64,000 nt of DNA, taken from the NCBI RefSeq assembly GCF_004010195.1, contig NC_057718.1, forward strand, positions 3,450,932-3,514,931, given 5' to 3'. Source of the stretch: Chiloscyllium plagiosum (taxonomy: Eukaryota). The notes beneath the pieces are model-generated. The model saw only the letters and a program-made list of their open reading frames with translations. It searched no databases and was not told where the DNA came from. Numbering within the stretch: position 1 is the first letter of the stretch; each line of letters opens with the position of its first letter. Made by a program: the position numbers and the translations under genes. Positions 38,551 through 50,500 of this stretch are shown one piece after another.

Positions 38551-40460
38551 CCTCCACCATTTCCTGTCTTCATTCCATACATGTACAACCCTCTGTGTGA
38601 AAAGGCCACCCCTTAGGTCTCTTTCATATCTTTCCCTTCTCACACTAAATCTATGCCCTCGAGGTCTGGACTCCCCCACCCCAGGGAAAAGACTTTACCT
38701 ATTTATCCTATCCATGCCCCTCATAAGTTTGTAAACCTCTAAGGTCATCCCTCAGCTTCTGATGATCCAAGGAAAACAGCCCCAGCCTGTTCAGCCTCTC
38801 CCTGTAGCTCAAATCCTCCAACACTGGCAACATCCTTGTAAATCTTTTCTGAATCCTTTCAAGTTTTACAACATCTTTCTGATAGGAAGGAGACCAGAAT
38901 TGCACGCAATTGTACTCCATACTCTGATAAAGCAAAGCATTCCAAACACCACCTTCACTATCCTATTTACCTGCAACTCTACTTTCAAGGAGCTATGAAC
39001 CTGCACTCCAAGGTCTCTTTATTCAGCAACACTCTCCAGGATCTTACCATTAAGTGTATAAGTCCTGCCCTGATTTGATTTCCCAAAATGGAGTACCTTG
39101 CATTTATCTGAATTAAACTCTACCTGCCACTTAGCCCATTGGCCCATCTGATCAAGTTCCTGTTGTAATCTGAGGTAACCCTCTTCGCTGTCCACTACAC
39201 CTCCAATTTTGGTGTCATCTGCAAAATTAATAACTGTACCTCTTATGGTCACATCCAAATCACTTGTATAATTCAAAGTAGCAGATCCAGCACTGATCCT
39301 TGTGGTACTCCACTGGTCACAGGCCTCCAGTCTGAAAAACAACCCTCCACCATTCTGTCTTCTACCTTTGAGCCAGTTCTGTATCCAAATGGCTAGTTCT
39401 GCCTGTATTCTGAGATCTAATCTTGCTAATTAGTCTGGGGAACTTTGTCAAATGCCTTATTGAAGTCCATATAGATCGCATCTACTGCTCTGCCCTCATC
39501 AATCCTCTTTGTCTCTCAAACTCGATTGAGTTTTTTTTTTGAAGAAACATGATCTCTCATGCACAAAACCATGTTGACTATCCCTAAGTCCTTGCCTTTC
39601 CAAATAAATGTACATTCTGCCCCTCAGGATTCCCTCCAACAACTTGCCCACCACCAATGTCAGGCTCACCGGTCTATAGTTCCCTGGCTTGTCCTTACCA
39701 CCCTTCTTAAACAGTGGCACCACATTAGCCAACCTCCAATCTTTTGGTACCTCAGCTGTGACTATTGATGATACAAAAATCTCAGCAAGAGGCCCAGCAA
39801 TCACTTTCTTACCTTCCCAGAGTTTTTGGGTACACCTGATCAGGTCATGGGATTTATCCACCTTTGTGTTTCAAGTCATCCAGCACTTCCTCCTCTGTAA
39901 CATGGACATTTTTCTAGATGTCACCATGTGTTTCCCTACAGTTTATATCTTCCATGTCCTTTTCCACAGTAAATGCTGATGCAAAATACTCGTTTAGTAT
40001 CATCCCCATCTCCTGCTGCTCCACACAAAGGTTGCCTTGCTGATCTTTGAGGGGTCCTATTCTCTCCCTAGTTACCCTTTTGTTCTAAATGTATTTGTAC
40101 AAACTCTTTGAATTCTCCTTAATTCTATTTGCCAAAGCTATTTCATGTCCCCTTTTGCCCTCCTGATTTCCCTCTGAAGTATACTTCTACTGCCTTTATA
40201 ATCTAAGGATTTACTCTATCTATTCTGTCTATACCTTACTTAGCTTCCTTTTTCATAACCTAATCCTCAATTTCTCTAGTCATCCAGAATTTCCTATGCC
40301 TACTTTCTCTGGATTCTCATTATTTCATTTCTGAAGGCTTCCCATTTTCCAGCTGTCTCTTTATTTGTGAACATGTGGCCCCAATCAGCTTTTGAAAGTT
40401 CTTGCCTCATCCTGTCAAAATTGGTCTGCCTGCAATTTAGAACTTCAACTTTTATATCTT
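38551..40460 (-). mobile_element. CR1 LINE ORF2 fragment inserted in a Gypsy 5' LTR
   Basis: DWRLANVVPLFKKGGKDKPGNYRPVSLT, FADDTKIGG and CVQFWSP motifs. Confidence 0.9.
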
Positions 40461-40461
40461 C

Positions 40462-43400
40462 AACTTGGTGAAGGATACCAGTCTTCATGGAGTTATTTCA
40501 GTGGCAGTAAGAGAAAAGCAAGCTCCTGAAGAAATTCATTCAACAGTATTTTTGAGTTGGGGTAAGTATTTCTAGCATCATACTGATATTTGGGAAACAT
40601 GACTCAATCTTGCTGTCAAAAACAGAGCCCAGCATGAGGAAAGAATGTTATATTTTCTAGGCAAATGATATTAGGGCAGATGAAAAGCAACAAGTAATTC
40701 TCCTGATAGCATGTGGACTCACAGCATTTTTGGTTGGAAGGAGCATAGCTTTCCCCAAGGCACCAGATACAAAAATCTTTCCAGAGTTGATGGGTTTAGC
40801 TAAGGAATATTATGAACCAAATCTTCCTCTATTGACTTTATCCAACAGTTAAAGAACCAGGAAAATCTATATAGGGATTTTTGATGAGGTTAAAATGAAT
40901 GGCAGAGGTATGTGACTGAAGTGAGAATTTGGTATCTGTGATTAACGATGTAACCACCAACAAAAGCACCAACAAGCTGAATCCCAACTGGATTTCAAAC
41001 AGGCATTACAACAGGCTTCATAGTTGGAAAATGCAGCAAGTGGAGCAGGAGTTGTCAGGTACACCAGTGGAAGTAGACACCTTTGCCAGTCTGACTGAGC
41101 TTGGAGAAAACCAATTCAGTGAGGGCAATTGCACAGCCTTACTCAGAAGATATCCTCAACAGAGGGACTCTAGGTCAGCCACAGCAAAACCCCCAAATCA
41201 AAGCCTAGTCTTGGTCAAATGGTTAAAAGTTTCTCAACAATCTGGGCTGGTAATTCATTGTAGTTGCTGCTGGTATGCAAACTCGAGGCAGCAAACATGA
41301 CCCACTCGACCTGAATTGCATAAAAGAACGCATCGGCCAGTATCCTGGAAAGTCCACTCACATCTGTTTGGAACAGTTGTATTGTTTAGCAATGTTCAAA
41401 TTAGAACCAAAATAAACATCTGCTTAAATGGTCACCCAGTGCGAATGGAGATTGATGCCAGTGCAGTTAGATCAGGGGTTGTCTTTACCAAAATTCATTC
41501 CTACTCAAGTTTGCACAAATGTTCTCAGCCAGGCTCAGAACCTATCCCAGGGAACCTTTACAGATCAAAGGTACAACTTCAGTTCCGGTCTCTTATGAGA
41601 AGCAGCTGGTTCAGTTCTCACATTTTAGTGAAAGGTTTGGCCCCAAGCTTGATGGGGTGAAATTGGTTTAGAAAGATTTAACTTGATTTGTTCAATATTT
41701 TTTGATTAGGAAATGGCTGCCTGAGAGAAGTCGGATGTTTTTCAGTGAGGTTTAAGTGACTCTCAAAGGAGTCAATGTCACTTTGCATGTTGACTGGGAA
41801 GCAATTCCATGATCCTACAAGGCCCACCCAATGCCATTTGCTGAATGTGCAGAAGTGAAGGCTGGAAAATGAAGGAATCATCAAACCAGTCCAGTTTATG
41901 GAATGGATGGAATCGCTCATAATGATCGTGAAGCCTGACGAGTCAGTTCACCTTTGTGAGGATTTCAGCCAAACAGTGAATTGTTTTCACAGCTGGATAA
42001 ATAACTGATTCCTTGCTCAGAGGACTTATACACGAACCTGGTGGGGAAGCTGTCCTTCACGAAGCTACACATGAGCTATGTGTACATGCAATTGCAATGA
42101 GATGAGGATTCCCAGAGATATGCTACAATTAACACCCATAAGGGTTTGTACCAACAAACAAGACTGCTTTCTGAGGTATCATCAGCTTGTGTCATTTCAC
42201 AGTGACCGATGGAGAACATTCCACAAGGTCTACCTCAGAATGCCATTTATCTGGATGACATGCCAATAACAGGCAAGACCAGTAAAGAGCAATTGGAGAA
42301 CTTGGAGATAATGCTTAAATATTTCTCCAAAGCTAGAAAAATGTGTTCTAGACAGCTGAAGTGATATATTGGCTGTGCTGCCCATAGCTTCAGGTCGAAT
42401 TCAGGGGTAGGCCCTTATTCTCTGCTCATACACTTAAAAGTTGGAACACCCTCCAGGAGGCAGCACACCAACTGTGGTTGCCTTGAATCACCTCCCACTG
42501 GCAGATACAACACCAGTGATGCCAGCACTAGACTCCATTTTAGTTTTAAACTTACTGGACATGAATCATGTCACCCCTGACAATATCAGACTGTGAGCAT
42601 GATTGGATCCTGTCCTGGCAAAAGTAAAACATCTGGGGAAACAGAGGGGCCATCACAACCAGAATTGACCCAGTGAGACCAAATACCTGAAGATACCTGG
42701 GGAGCGAGAGTGATTATCACAAGCAAGTCATTGTCAGGTACTGGGTCTAAGGATTTTGGAAACTATGTTGGCAAGATGCTGCATCTGGCCTGAATTGGAT
42801 GCCAACATATCCATATTGATAAGTCCGTGTCTAAAATGCCAACAAGGTCAAAACGAACTTCCAGCAGCTCCCTCACTTTCATAGGACTGGCTGAGTAAAC
42901 CCTGAACACGGTTACACGTTGACTGTGCCAATCCTTTCATGGGCTCTGTATTTGGAGTCATTGTGGATGCCCATTCAGTGATTGAATATGCATAGAGTTA
43001 ACAATTGAAAAGCTGCCAGTTTCTTGTGTAATACAGACAATGGGCCATCATTTCACAGCAGGGAATTTGAGTATTTCCTCATGGCATTTGGCATACAAGG
43101 ACAGCTCCATACCATCCATCATCCAATGGTCTGGCGGAAAGAGCAGCCCCAACGTTGAAGGCAGCCTTAAAGAAACCGCTTACAACTTCACTCAATACCA
43201 AACTGTCCCAGTTCCTGTTGGAGTATTGGACCAATGCTCACATAACTATAGGGACAGCTCCAGCAGAGTTTCCAGTGGGGAGAAGACTCCTGAGAAGGAA
43301 AGAATGTCAATACTGGACACAAGATTCCTCCAAGTGAGAGAGACCGTTTACTTCAGGTGACAATATTTGGTGCTAAAACCACAAGTGGCCCTGCATGGGA

Positions 43401-44760
43401 AAGCCACCAGGTTGACACAAGGCCAGAAGCCATGACATACAACGTTCGGGTAAGTGAGGTGGTCTTGAACAAGCACGTGGACCACATGAAAGCTGCAACC
43501 TCACAAACAGGGCAGCAGCAAAAAATACCCGGCCTCTCAGAAGATCCGGTACAGTTGTCAGAACCAGTGGCTTCTTATTCTGCACCTAATGTTGAAGAAA
43601 TTTCTGACAGTGAGTGGATGGGTCAGATGTCACAGCCTCAACGCTGTTACCACCTGAAGATGAGTTTTGGCTGAGATGTTCCAAACAAGAGCAGTGGGCT
43701 ATGATCCAGTACACACCACCACTGTCTGAGGCAGAGAGAGAAACTAGACCTGGTGTGAAAATGGTCATGGAGAAGGTACAGGAATGAGAAAGCACCTACA
43801 TCCCAGGACTTGGCGGGACAGGGATGTAAGGATTGGAATGAGATCAACCAGGTGAACCTCATAGGATATGAGTTTCCTGATTGTGTTATGACACAGGGTA
43901 AACACTTCTTTGAACCAGACCCACAGAAACGCTCACTTCTCCCTGTAATCTGTGAAAGTGAGTTAGAAAGAATTGTCCCAAATATCACTACTTTAAAAAA
44001 GCTTAACAATTGTATTTTTTACATCCAAAAGAGAACATTAAACAACAACTGTTTACAACTCACTTCCTCTTAAACCTATTTTTATCTCACACCCTACAAT
44101 ACTGCTCCAATAAAAATCTCAATTAACATTTCCAAAAAAATCACATTTCAAACCAGCCAGCTGTGTCAGTTCTCCTTTGCAGATTTTCCTCTAGATTTTC
44201 CTGGGTCATCTTTTCTTTGGTCTTCTGCTGCACAAATTTCTTCTGGACAGGTACCTTTCAGAGCATTTCTGTTGGAAGTCTGCTTGGCTGCTCTTTGCTG
44301 TTCTCACCAGGTGCTCAAAACCCCCAATTTATATACCCCAAAACATCAGATCGGCTCGTTAGTTTAGTGCCATCTATAACAGTAAAATTCAAATTCGATT
44401 GGATTTTGGTATCTGGGACATAATTTAAACTAATCCGCCAAATTTGAATTTGTTGTGTACCATGGCAATGCAGCTCCAGCTATTTGTTTCAAAACCAAAT
44501 GTTACATTTTTGAATTTTTCAGCACACACTATGCCAGCCAAAATTTTCAGCTCCCTTAAAGTTACAGTACATGTCTACAACTTCATAATAACTGCAGCTG
44601 TTGACTTGTTCCAATCAGGAAGCCCTGGCTGAGAGATATTAACAAGAGTGTCAGGGATTCTGCTCTCTCGGAGCTGGCTCCGAGCTAGCTGGGTCAGTGT
44701 CATGTACTTTGCAAGTGTAAATAAAGGGGGACTTGGTGATTTTATTGAGTTAAGTTGAGT
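40462..44760 (+). mobile_element. Decayed Ty3/Gypsy LTR retrotransposon (LTR end, gag, protease, RT, integrase, 3' LTR)
   Basis: 5'-LTR end ...gagttatttca followed by a PBS-like gtggc (~40500). gag ANDIRADEKQQVILL; protease LNGHPVRMEIDAS; RT ENEGIIKPVQF and IYLDDM (~42246); integrase SSNGLAERA. The 3' LTR (~43825-44760) is similar to 35327-35450 and 38463-38550. Confidence 0.85.
43884..44590. mobile_element. Solo-LTR-like insertion inside the Gypsy 3' LTR
   Basis: Begins TGTTATG and ends ...CATAA (short terminal inverted match). It interrupts LTR sequence that is contiguous at 35327-35430. Confidence 0.6.
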
Positions 44761-44844
44761 TATTTTGAACAGCCTCACTGTTTATCTGCAATATGTCAGT
44801 ACATTTCAAACAAATCTTTTCATTGCTGGTCAGCCCACTTCATC

Positions 44845-44858
44845 CTTCCTCTTCCGGT
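44845..44858 (-). promoter_or_regulatory. Tandem ETS-type GGAA sites upstream of leader L2
   Basis: CTTCCTCTTCCGGT (ACCGGAAGAGGAAG on the minus strand), ~95 bp upstream of ATG 44949. Confidence 0.35.
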
Positions 44859-44948
44859 ACTGTATCTTTAAGTTCAGAGATCCTGAAACACAAATATTAC
44901 AACACAGTCTGAGAAAGGATAGCAATTGAAAAAATACATTTATTTGAA

Positions 44949-45000
44949 ATGTTTTTCCTGAAATTCTTCATCTTATCTCTGATCCTCTCTGTCGCACTGG
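44949..45000 (+). CDS. Signal-peptide (leader) exon L2
   Basis: gaaATG MFFLKFFILSLILSVAL-G|GTAAGT; 52 nt, phase 1, joins V4 in frame (G|GT CAG gives ...VAL-G-QDTRSVLIQSP). Confidence 0.8.
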
Positions 45001-45904
45001 GTAAGTAAATGCTTGAATTTGACTTTGTTTCCATAGACGTCTATTTCTGAGTTTGATTTTCTGATGGTGAGTCGGTATTTTGTAGTTCAGGATTTCCTAC
45101 TGAGAGCTGACATTGGGCTTTCTCATAGTGCAACGCGAACAGAGTGTTAGATGTGATACTGAATGATACTGTCCAGTTTTCCCACTCCTGGAGTCCAGCG
45201 GCTGTCATTTAAAAATCCCATGCCAAGTCTGCACAAAGTTTCTTACTGAAACACTGCACTTTTTTTTAAAGAACCCCAACTTGTGGCAAAGTGAATGAAC
45301 CTTCAGCATTAGTCCATCAAATTGACTCGTCAATACGCGATGTGACTTTAATACTTCTGTGTGCCTCCTACTTTCGCTTAGACAGTGGGGGTAAAGCCTT
45401 TGGGGGATGGGTAGAAATGGTGAATCATTCTGGGGAATTGTCAAACATCCAAGAGAAATTCTATTTTTTTTGTAGTGGAGGCTATCGAGACCGTACTCGA
45501 ATGTTTACCCAGTCAGTGTGAACTTGTCTGTGACTGAGTCAACAAACCAAAAACATCACAAACATGAATTATTCTGACCATTACTGCCTGGGAAACCTGA
45601 CATCTTCCAGCCAGGCTCATGATCCAATGAGTTTACTGTGAGTTTCAGGGTGGATGGGAATCCAGGATAGATATGCCACAATCCCTGGTCACTGGCCAAC
45701 ATCATTGAATTCTCACATCCCAGTTTGACTGCTGGATTGATCTCGTGGAGACTGAAATAAGAACAAGTGTGAACATGCACTAGATTCAGACTTCATTCCA
45801 GTTCAGAACCAAAACAGAAATTGGTGAAGAAACTCAGCATGCCTGGCAATATCTGAGGCGAGAGAAATGGTTGTTAACATTTTGAGTCCAATCTGATTTT
45901 TCAG

Positions 45905-46728
45905 TCTGTCCCTGCCTCTTCCGGTTGTCAGTTTCAGCTGTCCGCTGTAGTGGTTGGTATATTGGGTCCAGGTCGATGTGTTTGTTGATGGAGTTTGTGG
46001 ATGAATGCCATGCCTCTAGGAATTCCCTGGCTGTTCTCTGTCTGGCTTGCCCTATGGTAGTAGTGTTGTCCCAGTCGAATTCATGTTGCTTGTTGTCTGC
46101 GTGTGTGGCTACTTAGGATAGCTGGTCGTGTCGTTTCGTGGCTAGTTGATTTTCATGTATGCGGATTGTTAGCTGTCTTCCTGTTTGTCCTATGTAGTGT
46201 TTTGTGCAGTCCTTGCATGGAGTCCTGCGACCCCTAGGACTCATAACGGCACACAAACCTACAGCCACGCTCAGACAACAACTCACCAGAACAAAGGACC
46301 CGATACCCGACATGAGCAAAACTAATGTAGTGTACAAAATCCCATGCAAGGACTGCACTAAACACTATATAGGACAGGCAACATGAATTCGACTGGGACA
46401 ACACTACTATCATAGTGCAAGCCAGACAGAGAACAGCCAGGGAATTCCTAGAGGCATGGCATTCATCCACAAACTCCATCAACAAACACATCGACCTGGA
46501 CCCAATATACCAACCACTACAGCGGACAGCTGAAACTGACAACCGGAAGCGGCAGGGACAGACCACTATAAACACCGGAGGAAACATCAAAGAAGCGCTT
46601 CGCAGGAGGCTCCCAAGCACTGATGATGTCGCCTAGCCAGGGGACGAAACGTTTGCAACAAAAACTTCCAGCTCGGCGAACAGAACCACAACAACGAGCA
46701 CCCGAGCTACAAATCTTCGCACAAACTT
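45905..46728. mobile_element. Penelope-like retroelement fragment with GIY-YIG endonuclease in inverted arrangement
   Basis: Plus arm: NVVYKIPCKDCTKHYIGQ and REFLEAWHS. Minus arm 45905-46220: PCKDCTKHYIGQTGRQLTIRIHE. The arms are reverse complements of overlapping segments. Confidence 0.9.
46617..46656 (+). ncRNA. Minimal type I hammerhead ribozyme motif (Penelope-associated)
   Basis: GCA-CTGATGA-T-GTC(gcctagccaggg)GAC-GAAAC-GTT-TGC: intact core, stem I GCA/TGC, stem II GTC/GAC, palindromic ACGT stem III. Confidence 0.7.
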
Positions 46729-47514
46729 ATATTCCATGTTCTTCAGAGAGAGGATAGCGCACTATCCCTTTAATTGAATTGCTCATAAAGATTGGCAGTG
46801 GGTCTTGCAAGAGGAAGAGTGACTTTGAGGCATTACCGATGAGAATGTCTTGTGTAGAAGCGATGTCCTGTGATACCAGTCACTGACAGGAGAAGGGGAT
46901 AAGCCACTGTGGATTCACACTGGTATCAATAGTTACCACTGGGTTGCTCATTCCCCAGTGGAAGGAGAATGCAGTTTTTATTTTCCCTGTTGTATGTGCT
47001 GTTTCTCTGTTGTTATCCTCCTGAGTTATACTCTGCTGTAAGATAGAGTATAGAACCTTGTGATATTCTTAGGACTGGGAAGAAGGTAGGAGGGAGGACT
47101 TCACCAAATGAAAATCACCTTCCAGATAGAGGGACGATAATGGAATTAAGTTCTCTGAAATTTAACGGCAGGCTGAATTTTGCAATACTAAGTTTCAGGA
47201 AGCTCAAATTAAGTTCCCCTTTACAAAGAATTTGGCGGTGATTGTACAAAATCTAATTTAAGATACCTGGCTGGATGCTGCCAGCATGTAACAGGCAAGG
47301 GTGTGTTCCTGATGGAATCCAGAGAGCAGCCATAACTTTACACATTTTGCTCACACAGGGGCTGGTTGAGATGGGATAGTGATTTCCAAGTAAGCAAGAA
47401 GCACAGGTAGCCTGACAGTCTGTAAAGGAGTGTCCAGTCCAAAAGAAAAGAGGATAATTGTGTCTAGCGTATAGTGGTCCCAATAAGACCATAGCCCAAG
47501 GACAAACTTTCCTC

Positions 47515-47550
47515 ATTCCTGAAGAAGGGCTTATGCCTGAAACGTCGATT
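47515..47550 (+). ncRNA. Minimal hammerhead motif in a short Penelope-derived fragment (47510-47608)
   Basis: ATTC-CTGAAGA-A-GGGC(ttat)GCCT-GAAAC-GTC-GATT; canonical GUC cleavage triplet, weak stem I. Confidence 0.6.
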
Positions 47551-47609
47551 CTCCTGTTCCTTGGATGCTGCCTGACCTGCTGCGCTTTTCCAGCAACACA
47601 TTTTCAGCA

Positions 47610-48690
47610 AGGACAGAATTAGACGATTAAGCCCATTGAGTCTGCTCCACCATTTGATCATGGCTGATATGTTTCTAAACCCCATTCTCCTGCCTTCTCC
47701 CCGTAACTCTTAATCCCCTCATTAATAAAGAACCTACTGATCTCAAACTTAAATCCACAGCCCTCTGTAGCAATGAGTTCCATTGATCAACCAGCCACTG
47801 GCTGAAGAAATTCCTCATTTCAATTCTATAAATCAATCCTCCACCTGAGGCTGTGCTCGGGTCCTCGTCTCTCCTACTTGTGGAAACATCTTCAGGTTCA
47901 CTCTGTCCAGGTCTCTCAGTATTCTGCAAGTTTCAGTCAAATCCCCTCTCTTCTTTCTTAACTACATTACGTCCAGACTCAGTCCTCAATCGATCCTTAT
48001 TTGACAAGCCTGGGATAATTCTTATTTAGCTCCTCTGGACTTCATCCAATGGCAGCAGATCTTTGCTTCGATACAGGGTCCAAAACTGCTCACAATATTT
48101 CAAATACAGTCTATCTCTCATCTTGTTTTCTAGCCCTCTTGAAATGATTGCCAACATTATGTTTGCCTTCCTAACCAACAATTGACCCTGCATGTCAACC
48201 TTAAGGTAATCCTGAACGATGTCCTGAGATTTTTGAGGCTGCCCCACATTTAGGAAATAGTCGATGTCTCTATTCTTCATACCAAAGTGCATAACCTTAC
48301 ACTTTCCAATGCTGTATTCCTTTTGCTACTTCTTTGCCAACTCTCCTGGCCTGTCCAAGCCCTTCTGTAGCTTCCCCACTTCCTCAATATTACCTGTCCC
48401 TATCTTTGTGTCATCTGCAAACTTAGTAACAATGCTCTCAGTTCTTGTGTCCAGATTGTTAATGTATAATATGAATAGTTATGATCCCACTACTGACCCT
48501 TGTGAAACTCCACTAGTCAAGCTGCCAACCTAAAAAAGACTCCTTAATCATTATTCCCTGCATTCTGCCAGTCAGCCAATCTCTTTCCATGACAGTAAAT
48601 TGCCCTTAACATCATGGGCTCTTCCATTATTTCAGTCTCCTTTACGACACCTTATCAAAGACCTTTGTAGAAATCCAAATAGATCATGTA
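47610..48690 (-). mobile_element. Old CR1 3' half
   Basis: MHFGMKN...LKYCEQFW and EMRNFFSQWLVDQWNSL motifs. Confidence 0.8.
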
Positions 48691-48999
48691 CAGGAGGTAT
48701 GGAAGGTGTGAGAATTTCCAGGCTAGTGTGATGGGAGAGGGGAAAGGCCTCATGGGTGGATCTGAACCTTCCACTGTGGGGTCATGGGGTTAGACTGAGG
48801 GCACTGAATAGCGGATATCTGTGATCGGAGGGAGTGAGATGTGGGTGGATTGAATTTCAGGGCTGTGGTAGAAATTCACAGGGTGGGGACTCTGTTCCAG
48901 AAACAGGAGCTTGGAGAAAGGGGTGGAGGGAGCTGTGTGGATCAGGGCCAGGATGGTATGGGGATGGGAATGAGTGTAGGCTCAAGGGAGAAGAGCAGA

Positions 49000-50500
49000 A
49001 TCCGAGAATTGTTACAGCACAGAAGGAGGCCAGTCTGCCCATTGTGTCTGTACCAGCCTGTCAAACTATCATCGTTACCTCGTGCCAATCTCCTCTGTTT
49101 TCCCTGTATCCCTGCAGACCATTTCAGACCAAATCAGCAATGAATCTCCTCTTGAAAGGCTCAGGTGAACCTGCCTCCACCACATTTCCAGGCAGGATCA
49201 CATTTCCTTCTTTTGCAGATCACTTTAAATCTATGCCCCTCTTGTTCTTGTTCCTTTTACAGGCAGAAACACCTTGTCCCTATCTATTCTGTCCAGCCTG
49301 ATCATGATTTTGAAAGTCTCAATCCCATTTCCTCTCAACCTTCTCTCCAGAGAGAATCGTCCCAATGCCTGCAATCTGCCCTCATCGTTTGAAGTGCCTC
49401 ATCCCTCAAACTGTTTTTGTAAATCACATCGGCACTTTCTCCCCACTGCAGTCCCATTTTTCCTGTGGTGTGGTGCCCACAATTGTACACAATACTTCAA
49501 ATGAGGATGAACACGTGCCTTGTACAAGCCAAAACACTACCCTGCTCTTCCACACTCTGTCCCTATTAATAAATCTGAGGACACTGCCTGCATTATAAAC
49601 TGCTCGCTCCACCTGCCTTGTCACCTCAATAGTCTGTGCACATAAGTACCCAGGTGACCCTGCTCCTGCACCCCCTTTAGAATTGCACCCCCTATTTTAG
49701 ATTGTCTTTGACTGTCCTTCCGACTTTACATCTTACACTGTCTGCATTGAACCAGTCTGCCACCTGCCTGCCCATTCCACCAACTTGTCAATGTCCCATT
49801 GGAGCATTACACTGTATTTCTCACAGTTAACAACTCTTCCAAGTTCTGTGTCATCTGCAAACTTTGTAACTGTGACTTACACACCAAGACCAGATCATTA
49901 GTATTGACCAGAAAACAAAGAATCCCAGTAACAACGCCTGAAGAACTCTCTTGCAAACCTCACCCAGCCCAAAAAATATCCATTGATCATTAATTTTTAT
50001 TTCCTATCACTCAGCCAGTTTTGTATCCACATTGTGACTGTCCCTTTCATATTTATCAATAACAATCCTCAAGTTTATTGTGTAGCACTGTATCTGCTGC
50101 CTTCTGGAACTCCTTTTGCACCACATTAGCAGCATTAGCATGAGCATTTCTCCTACCTCTTTGAAAAACTCCAGCAATCTAGTGAGACATCACTTCCCTT
50201 TCAGAAATCCATGCTGAGCTTTCAAATCAATCTGCATTTTTCCATTATTAATTCTATCCCAAATAATTGTCACCAAAATTATCTCACCACTTGGGTTAAT
50301 GTTGGGCTTGTCGTTACAATCTTTCTCAAGCAACGCTGGAATATTTGCAATTATTCAGCCTCTGGCACATCCCCATACCTAGGGAGAACTGTGATTGTGG
50401 CCAATCCCCTTGAATTATCTGCCCTCTCGACCTTCAAAATATTCTCAAACCATCCTGGTGCCTTGTCAACATTAAATACAAACAGATTTGAAGGAGACAT
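49000..50500 (-). mobile_element. Highly decayed CR1-like LINE
   Basis: tgtgtcatctgcaaa (FADDT on the minus strand) near 49850; AGSVLRFINR. Confidence 0.65.
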
